Below are positions 1 through 14,482 of a stretch of DNA of 64,000 nt, piece by piece (the stretch's first letter is position 1; each line of letters opens with the position of its first letter). The DNA lies in assembly GCF_009914755.1 (NCBI RefSeq), contig NC_060930.1; one strand, given 5' to 3'. Below the pieces are notes generated by a model. That model saw only the letters and a list, made by a program, of their open reading frames with translations. It did not search any database and had not been told where the DNA came from. The position numbers were made by a program, and so were the translations under genes. This stretch comes from the human T2T-CHM13v2.0 reference genome, Homo sapiens.

Positions 1-726
1 AATCTTTGTCCTCCTTGCCTTTAACCCTGCCTCTTAGGGATGGAGAAAGGGAGGTGCCATCAGCATGGGAAGTCACCCCTCAGTGCAGCTCTCCCTCCCT
101 GAGCCTGGCCATTCCCTTCGCCCCCAGCTCCCGGTGGAAATCTGTTATCACAGTACTTGCCACACTACATTGAAGTTGGCTCTTTCTCATGGAAACACAT
201 CAGTCCTCTCAAGCATATTACCAACTTATTCATCTTTATACCTTCGGAGCCCAGTCCCTTGTTGAAGAAATATTGTTTGAAAAGAGCTGTAAAATTTCCT
301 CCATAAAACACAGTAAAAAGATATTTTCCATTTGCCCAATTGCTTAAAATTTTTAAATTGGAAGCCATGTATAACTTCCTTTCTTCCTAATCCTGTAAGC
401 ACTGAGAGTGACAGTTCTTAATACAGATACAGCAAGAAAAGTTAAAGTTCACGCCAGTACCTGTAGTAGCAATAAGGTACAACACCAAAGTGCGTTATTA
501 TTGTGGCTTAGCATATTTCTCCCTTGCTAGGATGAAGTTTGGCGTTGACTGACAGGTCAATACTACCTGAAAACCCCCAGCAAGGCCAAACCCAGCATTA
601 AGAGCTTCTTGTTACAAAGGAGCTGGTAGGGACCCAATCCTTCAGCATCAGAACAAACGGGGAAGATGGGTCCTTTGCTATCAAAACCAAATTCATTCCT
701 GATTTGAGAGTTCTTTATTCTTTCTG

Positions 727-978
727 GGAGTGCAGTGGTGCGATCTTGGCTCACTGCAACCTCCGCCTCCTGGGTTCAAGAGACTCTCCTGCCTCAGCCT
801 CCTGAGTAGCTGGGATTACAGGCACGAGCCACCACGCCCGGCTAATTTTTTGTATTTTAGTAGAGATGGGGTTTCACCATGTTGCCCAGGCTATTCTCGA
901 ACTCCTGAGCTCAGGCGATCCACCCACCTTGACCTCCCAAAGTGCTGGGATTACAGCTGTGAGCCACCGCACCTGGCC
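727..978 (-). mobile_element. Alu (old S/J type), lacking its 3' ~30 nt and poly(A) tail
   Basis: Antisense Alu text from ggagtgcagtggtgcgatcttggctcactgcaacc to gagccaccgcacctggcc; no poly-T precedes it. Confidence 0.93.
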
Positions 979-3900
979 CCCCTTTTATATCTTTCTATAA
1001 GTTGTCACAAATCAGTTATGGTTGTTACAAGTGTTCCTGGAAGCTAATTGTTGGCCGTCACATTAACAGCAACAATAGAAACTCTCGGGGTGGGTCATGG
1101 TCTTTAGCACTACATATCTAAAGTAGATCTTATTTGAAATGGTTTAAAATGAATAGAGGAAATGAGATGGGCACAAGTTGCATAACATCTTTATCACTGT
1201 CTCTGCGTTTCATCCTGACGCCCATACCTCTGCATCACCTTCCTCCTGGGTACCCTCCCATTGTGCATGCCCGTATTCTTCTTAGGAGTATTTGGCGTTC
1301 TCTGTTCTGCTCAGAATAGCATGCGAAACGACTGCTTGTGGAGCTGCTCTCCATTGTTAGGGAGACAATAAAAGGATGTCTGATAAGCATCTTACGACAG
1401 ATTTTTTCTACAGCTGAAGCATATTGGCGGCATAATTTTCCAAATTTGCATTCTACCTGTGGCTCCAAGGGGCTAACCTAGACTCCTTGCCAAGGGAGGA
1501 CATTGTTCCTTCATTTTCTAGAGGCTGCAGGCACTTACCGGATTATTATTGATATTGTCTCAGAGCTGGCTCATTCTCACACTACTAATCGGTAACTATG
1601 AATCTCTGGCTGCTCGAAAGACTTTTGCACTGTCTCAATGTTTCAGGAAAACCTCTGTGAGAAGTACACGAGCAGATACAATGTAGTCTGTGTTTTCAAA
1701 TATGTATTTATATTTAAATATAACATATATTTAAGTAAACATGTAGGAAATCCAGATTGTTTTTTAAAAGATAGATTGAAAATGATGCCTTGCTCCATAG
1801 AAGAGTCACAAAAAGAGGACAGAAATTTTTCAGACTCTGATGTAATCGCTATGTTTACTCTGCTGGAAGTTTTCAACAGAGGCTCAACTCCCATTTTCAA
1901 GAACATTCTAGAAGGATATATGTTTATGTGAGTTGGAAACTACACTAGACTTTTTTTAACGCTTGTTCTAAGACCCAATTTTTCTCCAACTCCTTTAAAT
2001 AAAAAAATCCCTATATATTTAAAATATAATTAAATTAAAGAAATTTCAACATCCATGCAAGTCTGTAGGAATGCTTGTTGGCTGAAACAAAACTGTTGTT
2101 TATGACTCTTTGACCAACTCTGTTTATTATGTGTGTGCAATGTGTAAGGCATGATACAAATATTTTGGATACCAAGAAGGTAAAGGCACCTCACTTCAAT
2201 CTGAAATAGCTATTGAGGAGACAAGTCGTAGGTCGATAGATAATTACTTTTTAAAGTCCAAATGGTTGATTAAAACTCTATGCAGGTGATTTGTGGGTTC
2301 TGATTAAGGAGAGAAAATTCCAGACTACAATATTAAAAGCTTTCTTTAAAGAAGTGGAATTTAAACTGTCCTCTTTGAAGAATTCTTTTACCTATGTGTT
2401 TCTACTGCTTCTTTTTAATCATATATTAATATTAATCATATATTAATAATAATTTCTTTTACCGCTTTCTATGTTTCTCAGAAAATAAAAAAAGTAAAAG
2501 GATAGTTAGAATTTCAAATGGTAAACATAATGGGGAAAGGCTGTTATTTATTGACAACCCACAGTTTTAAGAGTCTTTGTAATTATTTAGCATCTTGATT
2601 TCATTCCTTCAGTTTACACTTGTTTTCAGCAAAATCATGGCCAAAATAAGAAGAAACAGCAGGAGGCAAATTAATGTCTTAGAAACCCTAGGTCAGAATC
2701 ATCAAAGGGACAATGATTGCAACATTTTAAAATTGTTGAAAATAGCTAGTATGTTTCCTTCTAATACAATGTGAATAATGAGGAGGAATTTTAGGGATTA
2801 GATTGAATTTCTGCATTTTGCAACATTTGGTAAACATAAAGTTCTTCCATTTTCTGTTCACCATATGTGCCATATTTTCTATTAGCATAAAATTCCTGTG
2901 ACCCTTAAATAATTCAGATTCAGTGACATAACATAATTAAGATTCTGTTAAAGTTAAATAGATGAACAAAATTCTAGTCTTTTCACTTTGAAAGTAAAAC
3001 AGCTTCTCTGGGCCACTCATATATAGAGATTTCTCTTTCTTGCAAATATTTTTAACAATATAAAATATGTTTTAGAAATCAAATGTTGGTTATGAACTTG
3101 CTTCATGATAGAATGATAGTTTCACTTGACCTGTTAATTATTTTAAACTTTTAAATAGAATTCATAAAACGTGCTTCCCACTTACTTCATCTGTTCCCCA
3201 AGTAATTGGGTTTCAGTCACTTTTTTGGTCTTGATTTTCTTGGTGAGCCAGAAGGAAGCAAAATCAATGTACAGGAAGCACCCAACTTCATCCACCTGGG
3301 GAAAATGAAACCGTTTACATGTATTTGCAGGACATGTACTCAGCCTGATGCTAATGACTCCTTTGTATATAAAGAAGTGAGCCTTAGGGCAAACCCTCAA
3401 CGAGCTTCCCTTCTTACTAGGAAAAGAGGGCTCCCTGCAAGGGACCTAATTAACCAGTAAGAGCAAACTTGAGTGAGTCAGACTAACAATATTAGGAGTA
3501 AGGGATACACAATTGGGAATCAGAGCCATCAGGGAAATGCCCAGGAGAAAGTAGGACCTGAACCGATCTTTGAGATAAACCTCATTCTGGACAACCATGA
3601 AATCAACAAACACTGGACAGAGGCCACTATGTGTATAGGCTGGTGAAAAACAATCACTTAAACAAACAGAAACAACATTAAAAACAAACAAACAAAAGGA
3701 TCCTTCCCGACTGGAGCAGTGGTGCCCTTGGGGAATAGTGGACATAGGTGAGTCAGTAGCCAAGGGGTGGTCAGGTGATGGTGGGCTCTGAAATTTAAAC
3801 AGAAGAGCGACACAATATGGTGGCCCCTAAACTCCCGTAAGTTCTTTTGAGGAAACCTGGAGAACGATAGGCTGGACAAGGTATTGCACTAGAGTATCAG

Positions 3901-4204
3901 ATAATCTGTTTGGTGTCTCAGTTAATCATAGAAGTAGTTAGGAGGTAAGTTAGGAATAAGTCATCTCATTCTAAGTGGTGTTGGGATTTTTGTTTTTAAC
4001 TCATAATTTTTCTTGAACTTTTGATAACTGTTGCTGATCAGCTTCTAGCTTAATTCTAAAAGACATTAGGAGTGAAAGAGACAAACAATCATTTGGAATT
4101 TGAAAGCTTGTTTTTTGCTTTGTTTTTAAGGAAGACTGGAGCTTCAGGCTCTAGTATTTTATTACATCTATCACATATTTATTATAGTCAGATATGGCAG
4201 TGTT

Positions 4205-4485
4205 CAGAGCAATGACTAAGAACAAAGACCTTAGAGTCAGAGGCAGATTGGGACTGAATCCCAGGTCTGCTTCTCAAAGGCATATCACCTTGAGGAAGTT
4301 ATTTTATTTACCTGGGTCCCAGTTTCCTCATATACAAAATGGGTACAATGATGATAAAATAATAATAATACCCATCTCATGGAACTACACGTGTATATTT
4401 ATTATATTTATATTTATGTTTTTATGTAGTTACTAGAACAGTGCTTGGTACAGAAGAAGCAATCAATTAGGTATTAACTATGATT
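4205..4485 (+). mobile_element. MIR SINE
   Basis: MIR core-like cagtttcctcatatacaaaatggg, 5' tgaatcccaggtctgc and 3' agaacagtgcttggtacagaag. Confidence 0.75.
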
Positions 4486-4699
4486 ACTTTGTAGTCACAA
4501 ATGTCCTTAATATCGTACCATAATTAAGTACTTAACATTTTATTGTATCTACAGAGAACACTACAAACTCTAGGAATTAGATGAAAAGGTTTGAGAACCA
4601 CCAAGCCAAAAATGGGAAGCAATTATAATTTTTGTTCAAAAACTGACATGATGAAAATGATTTTTCAGGAGATTAGTTTGCTTTCTTCTCTTTCATTCC

Positions 4700-4910
4700 T
4701 TCTTGGTGTATACATTTTTCCTAAACAATCTTATCCATCTCCATGGTTTCATTTATAGTATTTCTTATACGCTGGCGTGCAAATTTTTTATCTCCAAACC
4801 TGACCCTTTTCTCTAGCTCTTAACTTGCGTATTCAATGGCCTAACAGAAATTGATTACTTTTTTAAAGAACTCAGATGCAATGTTTCAATCAAACTCAGC
4901 TCTTGTCCAA
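4700..4910 (+). mobile_element. L2 fragment
   Basis: L2-type text atcttatccatctccatggtttca...aaatttttatctccaaacctgacc. Confidence 0.55.
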
Positions 4911-4935
4911 ATCTGTCGCACTGAAAATTCCGATG

Positions 4936-5125
4936 TACTGGTTTTCAGAATGTGATTTCTACCACCAGCAACAGCATTAGCTGACAGTGTGTTAGAAATG
5001 CAAATCCTTGGACTCTACCACAGACCCGCTGAATCAGAAACTCAGGGCAAAGGAGGGGGCAACAATCTGTGTTTTAAAAAGCCCTGCAGGTGATTCTGAT
5101 GCATGCTAAGGTTTCAGAACTACTG
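4936..5125. mobile_element. MER5A (hAT-Charlie MITE)
   Basis: gttagaaatgcaaatc...gaatcagaaactc...caatctgtgttttaaaaagccctgcaggtgattctgatgca; about 190 bp. Confidence 0.85.
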
Positions 5126-5144
5126 GTCTAGAACTAAGACTTAG

Positions 5145-5589
<445 letters not shown>

Positions 5590-6469
5590 TAGTATCAGCG
5601 ATATCTACCTGCGGACTACTGAAAGAGTACAGATGAAGGCCTCACCCAGGGCAGGACAGTGGGGTGTTTTATGGCTAAAGCAAGACTGTTCCAAGTTCTG
5701 TCCTTTCAAGTGCACTGCTATTTAATATTAACTTCCTCTTTTTATGTATTCTTAATGAGCTTCAATATTTTTAGCAAAATTTTAAAATATTCTAACTATA
5801 TATTATCATAAATTCTTTTGAAATGTTGAGAAAGGTGGCTCATTTACCAAAGGGGAAATAACTTGCGTAGATTTTCTGAATCATGAGACTTTGTGTCCAT
5901 TAAAAATGACCTTCAGCCTCTAAAAATAGGCTGGGTGGGGCAGGTGGGAAGATTATTTATATAATTGAGAAAACTGTACCCTTGGAATTTCTCCAAATAT
6001 TTCTGAATGTATCTGGAAAGAGTTATACACTAAAATCAATGTAAGAATTAGATTGTAAGGTGAAATTAGGCTTTAAAAAGTGTTTATTTTTCATATTTCT
6101 AACATAAAAAATAGCAGACATTCTAAAGTTATGTTTTCTGACTATTGATCCTATCAGATGCCAATTTAAGCAAGCCGTTGGCCAAATGATTTTCTCTTTG
6201 CAACAGAAATATAAGAACTTTAAAACCTATTTTTTTTAAAATACAGACTTTAATTAGAGCACCAGAAATATCTTCCAGAAAGACAATACGGAATATGGAT
6301 CATTGTAATTTAAGTTAAACTACATTTTGTCTTCTAATATTCAGAGAAAAGAGGAATAATCAAAGGTAAGTTTCAAGTCAATCTGGAATTTAGTATAATT
6401 CATTTTCCAAAAGTATTTTTCCTAGTGCATATAGGAAGCTTGTGGGAAAATTATATCCAGTCATTTCAT

Positions 6470-6650
6470 TTCATTTATCCTTCATTATTTGCAATAGTTT
6501 TTAACTTATTAAGTCTCAACTATGGCCCATGTACTTTCAGGTCTCAGTGTGCTATGTAAAATGTAGCTATAAAAGATAAACAAGACACTGTTTCTGCTTC
6601 CAAGGAGCTCATCATCCAGAGGGAAAATAAGAGTATAAAATGAGTACAAC
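6470..6650 (-). mobile_element. L2 3' end
   Basis: tcatttcatt start and aacaagacactgtttctgcttccaaggagctcatcatccag, typical of an antisense L2 3' UTR. Confidence 0.55.
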
Positions 6651-6679
6651 ACAAAAAATGTTATGTAAGAGTATATTTG

Positions 6680-7278
<599 letters not shown>

Positions 7279-7419
7279 CGCACAATCATACGAAAAACAT
7301 ACACTCAATTTATTATGATAGTCAGTTGATACAAAGTACTGACAAATTTCATAATAAGTTCAAACAGATATTTAAACAATGGCAAAGAAAATTCATGGTT
7401 TCTAATGTTAGACAATAAA

Positions 7420-8100
7420 TAATCTTTCTTAAAAAATGTAATCAAATAAGCAAGCATCACCAGACATTAATGAAAACCAACACCAAGAAAATAAATATTT
7501 ATAAAAACAAATGGTACAAATGATATACGGTACAAATAATAGAAAAAAGAGATAATAGAAAAGGGTTTTGCTTTTTGCATTTTACTTTAAGAGTGAAGGG
7601 GGATAATACTGCATTCTTCAAATATGAACATACTGCTGTGACCAAAAGGAGCACTCAGAAAACAAAAGTATCCTTGAAAAATAAAATATGATGATTAAAT
7701 TTTTGAAAATTAAGAGAAGGACTGGAAAAAACAGGAAGATAGAAATGTGCAAAATTTAAAAAATGATGAGAATTGAAAGATGAATTCAGTAAATCCAACA
7801 CCTGTTTAGTAAACATTTCAAAAGTGAGAAGAGAGACAATGAGGGGAAGAAATAATCTAAGAAGTAGAAGTTGTAATAGTATCAAAGTCTTCAGAGTAAA
7901 TACCGAGTTGGATAAATGAAAAAGAAAAGCTGAATGCTGACAAATCAACTTTACTTAGAAATGTGGCAATAAACAACAGATCTAAACACAAAAAGGTCAA
8001 AAATAGTTATCTCCTGGGAATGGGACTGGAGATCAGAGAAACTGATGGAAGACTTCCTTTTTACTTAGATATATTCTAAAATGTATGACATTTTAAAAAA
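7420..8100 (+). mobile_element. Degenerate old L1 (ORF1-like/HAL1-like part plus L1ME-type 3' piece)
   Basis: A-rich purine strand with L1 ORF1-like text gaattcagtaaatccaacacctgtttagtaaacatttcaaaag...ggaagaaataatc. Confidence 0.5.
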
Positions 8101-8129
8101 ATGATGACTAATTCTGGAGAAAAGTTTTA

Positions 8130-8480
8130 CAGAGATGTAATACTTAAGTTGCATTTTAATGGATAGTTAAGCTTTTTCCCCCTTGGGCATAAAAAAGGGT
8201 GGTTATTCTAAGCAGAGGGATTGGGAAGAGGCATGGGCATAGGGCATGGCCTATTTTAGAAATGGCAAAGCATTCTGTAGATTGTAGCATCCACGTGAGG
8301 GGAGAAGGGGTAGGAAGGAAATGAGACATCTGAGTGAAGTGGGGGCCTGAGCATAAAGGGTCTTGGAAGCTCTGAAGTTTTTGTACAAGCTTTTTCATTT
8401 GAGAGCCTGGGAGATGGGTCTGTATTACCCAAAACAGGGGATACTGGAGGCAAGTAATCTCAAGAGGACACAATGAAAAA
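8130..8480 (-). mobile_element. L2 fragment
   Basis: Antisense L2-like attctaagcagaggga...ggcatggcctattttagaaatggcaaag. Confidence 0.55.
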
Positions 8481-9458
8481 GTAATTCTTCAAATATTTAG
8501 AAAGAAGAGTCTGTAAAGTGCATGAATAAGTTCCCTGACTTCTTCAGTATGCAGCATACTGAATATATGACTATTACGCTTGGTAGGGGAACTCAGTAAA
8601 TATTTGCCGATTACTTTGGCACACTATTACCTTGAAAAGATTCAGTAAGATGATTTATCTGAAAACCTCCACTTGTGCTATGCCTTCTAAAGAAAAGAGC
8701 TTTTACAAATTTCAGGTCTCAGTGTGTTTTGTAAAACATTGCCCTCATTCTTATTCAGCCCAGACCATCATTCTTGGCATTCTCAAAAATATATACAGGT
8801 CATTTTAACCTTGTATGTGATGGATAAACATTCACATCACAGCAGCCAAAAATAATACCCATTTTGATCCTTGTAAATTCTGGGCCAGTTGATGGGCCCT
8901 TCAGACTACTGACAACTTTAGATCTTCTCTCTTCTCTGGAAGGGGAACAAGGGGTGGGCTTGTGTTTTTAACCACCCCATCACCTTTAAGTAGGATATGA
9001 GTTTACAGAATGGTTTCCTTTATGTGAAAGGTTCTAGGTTTGCTGAGTTTTTCAGTGTGGAAGGAAAGTTCACAATGTAAAATGGTACTAGAAATGTGTG
9101 CTAATTTTTCATGTTTTACAAGGGTAAGAGGCAGAAATATGGATCCTTTTCTTGATTTGTAATTAAAGTAGATTCATGGTCCTACTTTCTTATCTAAATA
9201 ACTGAGGGGTCAAATGTTAATAAGCAGAGATGCCGAGTATTCCAAATAAGGCAAAATGCTGGTCCAGTTGCACTACAATTATTGATACCTGACTCTTACC
9301 GAGGGAACTAGATGTCTTTTGATAGCTGGGCCAGCTGCCATCCAGATTCACACAGAGCAAGAGGTAACTGAGGACATCTCTGGACAGACGTCTATTATCA
9401 CACCTCTTCAATGACCCAAGATCTACAAGCAAAACTTGTATCATATATCTTTTCTTTC

Positions 9459-9918
9459 CTTATGAGTTGAATTACATGACCCCCCCTACAACAAAAAAAA
9501 AGATATGTTGAAGTCTTAAGCCCTAGTACCTCAGAATGTGACCTTCTATGGAAATTGGGTCATTGCTGATGTAATTAGTGAAAATGAAGTCATATTGGAA
9601 TAGGCTGGGCTCTTGATTCAACATGACTGATGTTCTTCTAAGACAGCCATGTGAAGACACAGAAACATGGGGAGAAGCCCAAGCGAAGATGAAGGCAGAG
9701 ACTGGATGATGCTGTCACAAGCCAAGGAATGCCAGAGGCTAACAGGGCTGGAAGAGGCAAAGAAGGACCTTCCCCTAGAGGCTTCAGAGAGAGGATATCT
9801 GAACAGACATCTTGATTTCACACTTCTAGCCTCCAGAACTGTGGGAGAACAGATTTCTGTGGTTTTAAAGCACCCAGTTTGTGGCACTTTGTTACAATAG
9901 CCCTAGGAAACTAATACA
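9459..9918 (+). mobile_element. MLT1C-type MaLR solo LTR
   Basis: tatgagttgaatt...cagaatgtgacctt...caagccaaggaatgcc...cctccagaactgtg...ccctaggaaactaataca. Confidence 0.88.
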
Positions 9919-10397
9919 CCTTTCTTGATCCCTAAATATAGATAAACTGGAATGTAGAATTAACCATTTGGTTAAATTCAGCAATGTCATTATATATTAA
10001 AATAATTCTCAATATTTTTCAATATTTTCAATACTTTTATCAATAGTTTTTTTTGCAGATGTTATACTTAAGGGTTACATAATTCTTGCTTTATGGACAC
10101 AGTAATTTATTTTAGAATTTCTCTGTTCAATATTTAACTTGCTCATATTTCATTATTTTTTCTTTTCTGTTCTTGTATTCTAAATACAGTTAGACTGAAT
10201 ATATTGATATGTTAATATTTGTCCACTTCCTTGACTAGTATTTTAGAATAAGTAAATAGAAATGGAGTTACAGGCTCATAGGACATGACATTTTGAAATA
10301 TTCCTAGTATATGTTATCAAATTGCTTCCCATGGATGTTGTAGCAATTTGTTGCTTGAACTGACATATTAAAAAGGGTCTTTTCCAGAACTGTATCC

Positions 10398-10586
10398 TAG
10401 CAAGAGGGTAGATCCTAAGTATTCTCACACCACACACACAAATGGTGACTGAGCTGAAAAATACGCTAATTTGCTTGATTGTGGTGGTAGTCACCTCACG
10501 ATGAATATGTATATAAAAACATCACATCTTACACCTTAAATATACACAATATTTATTTGTTAATTATGCTTCAATCAAGCTGGGAA
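10398..10586 (+). mobile_element. L1MA/MB 3' end
   Basis: gtagatcctaagtattctcacacc...acatcacatcttacaccttaaatatacacaat...tcaatcaagctggg. Confidence 0.8.
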
Positions 10587-11164
10587 GGAGGAAGTATTCT
10601 CCGCTAATGTGACTAGTGTGGGATTTGTTGCTTTAATTTTCATTACCTTGAATACTAATATGAAACCTTTTTGCCCCATAATGTTTATTAATGCTTAGTA
10701 CGTATTCTGTGACACTTCTGCTATTGTTCTTCATTATTTTTTCTTAAATAGAGTCTTTGCATGAAATCTATTTGTTCTTTGCATATGGAGTATATTAACA
10801 TTTTTTAGTGTCCTCATTTGTAATATGAAGGTAGTTAGAATAAGCATCCTCTGGGATTGCAGCAAGAACTACATGTGCTAAATATACCATGTACCAGGCA
10901 CCTAATAGGTTCTTAATAGTGGGAGCAATTCATTATAATTTCATATGGGGCCTGCGTATACTCTCACTTGCCTGCTTTCAGTTTTGATAGCACAACTGCT
11001 TTGACTTTTCAAATAAATCTCATTCTCATTTGTGCAGTCATCTTAGTCTTTTTCTTTTGCATTTTCTGTATACTTTGTTCAGGTTGAACCATGATGGAGG
11101 AGTTAGCTGGGCTGGAGACTCAGCATGTAAAAATGCACAGAGGCATAGAAGAAAGTGTATTTTG

Positions 11165-11315
11165 GGGTAAAGGTTCAAATATTAACTCCATGTGCTGGTA
11201 AGCGGGTGTCTTAGACAAGTCCACTCATCTTTTTGTGCCTCAGTTTCCTGTTTTGTAAAATGGGAAATTAATCATGTTAACTATCTCTTAGGTGGTTGTG
11301 AAGAATGAAATAGAT
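11165..11315 (+). mobile_element. MIR, interrupted by an MLT1 LTR
   Basis: tgtgcctcagtttcctgttttgtaaaatggg core. Confidence 0.7.
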
Positions 11316-11858
11316 GCTATTCATGATCTATTGCTGCATACCACAGTATCTAAAATCCACCAGCTGCTTAAAAGAATAATAATCATTTATTATCTCACAC
11401 AGTGTCTGCGGGTAAGGGATTCTGGAGAGGTTTAGCTAGGTGGTTCTAGTTTGAGGTTTCAGGAGGTTGTGGTCAAGTAGTCATCTGGGGCTGCAGTCAT
11501 CTAAGGCTTGATTGAGATAGAAAGATTCACTTCCAACATAATGGCTCATGTGACTAGCAAGTCAGCACTAGTTCCTGGCAGGAAGTTTAAGTTCTTTGCC
11601 AGGTGAATCTCTTTCTAGAGCTACTTGAGCATCCTACCAACATGGCAGCTGGTCTCAGCATGACCTAAGAAAGAAAGCAAGGAGAAAGTTGAAATGCCTT
11701 TTTGAAATCTCAAAAGTCTCATACCGTCACTTCTGCCACTTTGAAATCATTAGAAGCAAGTCGCTATTGTGACCTACACTCAAGGGAAAGAGAATTAGGC
11801 CCCACCTTTTGAGAGAGGAGTGTCAAAGAATTTGTGGACTAATTTTCAAACAACCACA
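11316..11858 (-). mobile_element. MLT1F/G-type MaLR LTR
   Basis: tctattgctgcat...tttattatctcacacag...ggggctgcagtcatct...gtcacttctgccac...aaccaca. Confidence 0.82.
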
Positions 11859-12614
11859 TGACCTAATGCATGTTACACACTTGTCTACTTTTTTTGACTA
11901 GTATTTTAGAATAAATATATAGAAATGGAGTTACTGGTTCAAAGGGCATGCCATTTAAAAAATATTCCTTGTATATGAGATAGCTTTTAGGAAGAAGTCA
12001 AAAGATGCTGTCTATTGTGTCACATACTTCATAGCACTATCATTATCCATAGCACTATCATTAAGGCACTGCAAGTTGTGCTGTAGTGGTGGCTTTGGAT
12101 ACATCTGAGGTATGATAGAAAAAGAATCTTTAAGATACACAGGAGCTAAATAAAAATGGGCCCAGCATGTCATGACACAATGCTTGCATTTTTTTGCAGT
12201 AAGTCCTTCCTTTTCAAACTGGGTTACTCCCAAGGCACGTAGGCACAGGGAACAAGTGCTACTTAAAGCAACAGAATAAACACACGTCATCTCTAGTAAA
12301 GTGCTATTTTATTTGAAAAAAAAAAGAAGTAGATGTATTAAAAAATAGATTGTAAAGTTGCTTATATTTTAAAGAGGAAACACTAGGTATTATCTTGGTC
12401 TTCTGGTGGCCTGCTTTGTACAGTATCTCCTGATCCTGGGTAAATAATTAACTTTTCTTTCCATTTAGGTTACCTTAGTGGAGAAGTTTAGTGACTCAGT
12501 TAGTTGATGAGGAGATACTGAAGGATTTAAGGAAGGTTAAGAATCTGATATTTTTAAAAGGTATCTCCATCAAGAATATTGAAAACACTTCTGGAAAAAG
12601 AAGAAAGATAAATA

Positions 12615-13090
12615 TTTGAATTTACCCAATAGATATTAAAGGCATTGCAAAACCCTCATAATTAAGCATTTAAAACAAAGCTAATAGAAATATAAAGAAG
12701 CAATCCATTTATGAGAGTAGTCACACCAGAAATAAATGACAGTATATGCCTACAAATCTAATAAATAACTAAGATGTCCTCACTAATCAATGAGGGAAGG
12801 AATGGATTCAATGCTTGTTGGGGGAAAATTGAGCTCTTTGGGGAAAAAAATCCATCTCAAGCCCTATCTTACATTACTTAGTAAGATAAACTCCAGATAA
12901 ATGTGATGAGTGTAAAAATAAAATCATAAGAAACTTGAAGACAATTAGATGTGTACTTACTTGCTCTCCAGGTAGGAAGGAATTTCTAAATATAAAAGAA
13001 GGATTCTCTAGGGAAAGCAAATCAATCGCTGCATCTGAGTAAGTATTATACTTTTGTGTAATACATTAAACATTTAAAACAAACCACAAA
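12615..13090 (+). mobile_element. Old L1M ORF2 fragment
   Basis: aatcaatgagggaaggaatggattcaatg...aagataaactccagataaat...aaaatcataagaaacttgaagac. Confidence 0.65.
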
Positions 13091-13094
13091 TACT

Positions 13095-13425
13095 GATGGA
13101 TGGCATTCATTGTGTACCAGCTATGTGCCAAACACCACACTTGGAGCTTTGCCTTCATTGCTTACCCTTAATCCTTACACACAAAAAAACCCACCACAGG
13201 CTCAGTCGTACTGCCTCCACTTAACAAATGAGAAAACCGAGACTGCGAGAGATTACATGAGTAATTTGCAATGCTGGCTGCACACTGAATCACTCAGAGA
13301 GCTTTACAAAGGCCCGTGCCTAGGCCTCATCCCAGAGCAGTTTAATCAGATTTGCTGGGAATGGCACCTGGGCATAAAATCCTTTGTCCAAAGTCACACA
13401 ACTGGTAACTGCAGAGACAGAGGCT
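13095..13425 (-). mobile_element. MIR interrupted by a MER5-type MITE fragment (~13262-13376)
   Basis: ctatgtgccaaacacc...acaaatgagaaaaccgagact | ggctgcacactgaatcactc...ggcacctgggcat | tgtccaaagtcacacaactggta. Confidence 0.65.
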
Positions 13426-13804
13426 TTTCTGTGTCCTCAACACCTGGACTTCTCCTATGCCATGTGGAAATTTTCTTGAGGATATAAACAGGCACTTAGT
13501 TTTCAAAGGTGGTAAAAACCTGAATGTAGGCTTAACTTAAAGCAGAAGTGATGTGAGATATGAGAGTCTATTTGTAGACCCACCTATAGCAGAGAATCCA
13601 TAGTCTGTGTTTCTGGAATATCAGTGAAAAAAAGCCTCAGGGCTGGAATAGAAGGATAGCATTTTGATGGTCTAATAATTTTGAAACAATTGGCAATACT
13701 TAGACAACTTGAAAGGTGTTTGCATGAATCTAATTTCTTAGGCTTATCATCACCGTTGTAACTTCTTCTCTACCAATTGGGACATGACAATACAGACGAG
13801 TTAC

Positions 13805-13956
13805 TTTATTGCATAGTTTTTAGGAACACAGATTTTTGGAGACAAACCACCTAATTTTGATTCCCAAATATATTCTTTATAGCTGAGTAATCTTAATTTA
13901 CTCAACTTCTCCATGGCTCAGTTTTCTCAACTGTAAAATGGGAATAATAATAGTAT
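13805..13956 (+). mobile_element. MIR
   Basis: ctcagttttctcaactgtaaaatgggaataataatagta. Confidence 0.75.
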
Positions 13957-14445
13957 TGTATTAATGCTGTGTAACAAATCACCTGAAACCATAGTGGCTT
14001 AAGATCTCTCCTGGTTTCTCTGGGTAGGAATTCAGGAACATCTTAGTCAGGCAGTTTCAGCTTGGGGTTTCTCTGAGCTGGGGCTGCTGTCATCTGATGG
14101 CTCACCTAGGGCTGGAGAATCCACTTCCAAGGTTCACTCACATAAATGACAAAATGTGGCTTATTGTTGGCAGGAAGCTTAAGTTTCTCCCCACAAAGGC
14201 CTATAGAGATAGGACTGCTTGAGAGTCCACATCGCATGCCATCTGGCTTCCCCCAGAATAAGTGACCCAAGAGACCAAGGTGGCAATTGTAATGCTTTCT
14301 GTGGCTTAGCCTTGAGGTCACACATCATCACTTCTGCAGTATTTCACTGGTCCCACAGATCAACTCTGGTTCAGTGTGGGAGCGAAATACACCCTTGCAC
14401 CAGAAAGCAGGGATCACTGGGAGCCGTTTTGGACATGGCTATCAC
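13957..14445 (-). mobile_element. MLT1F-type MaLR LTR
   Basis: gctgtgtaacaaatcacc...gggctggagaatccacttccaagg...catcacttctgcagtattt...ggctatcaca. Confidence 0.82.
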
Positions 14446-14482
14446 AAGTACCTAGTTTATTGGCTTGTTCCAAAGATACATA

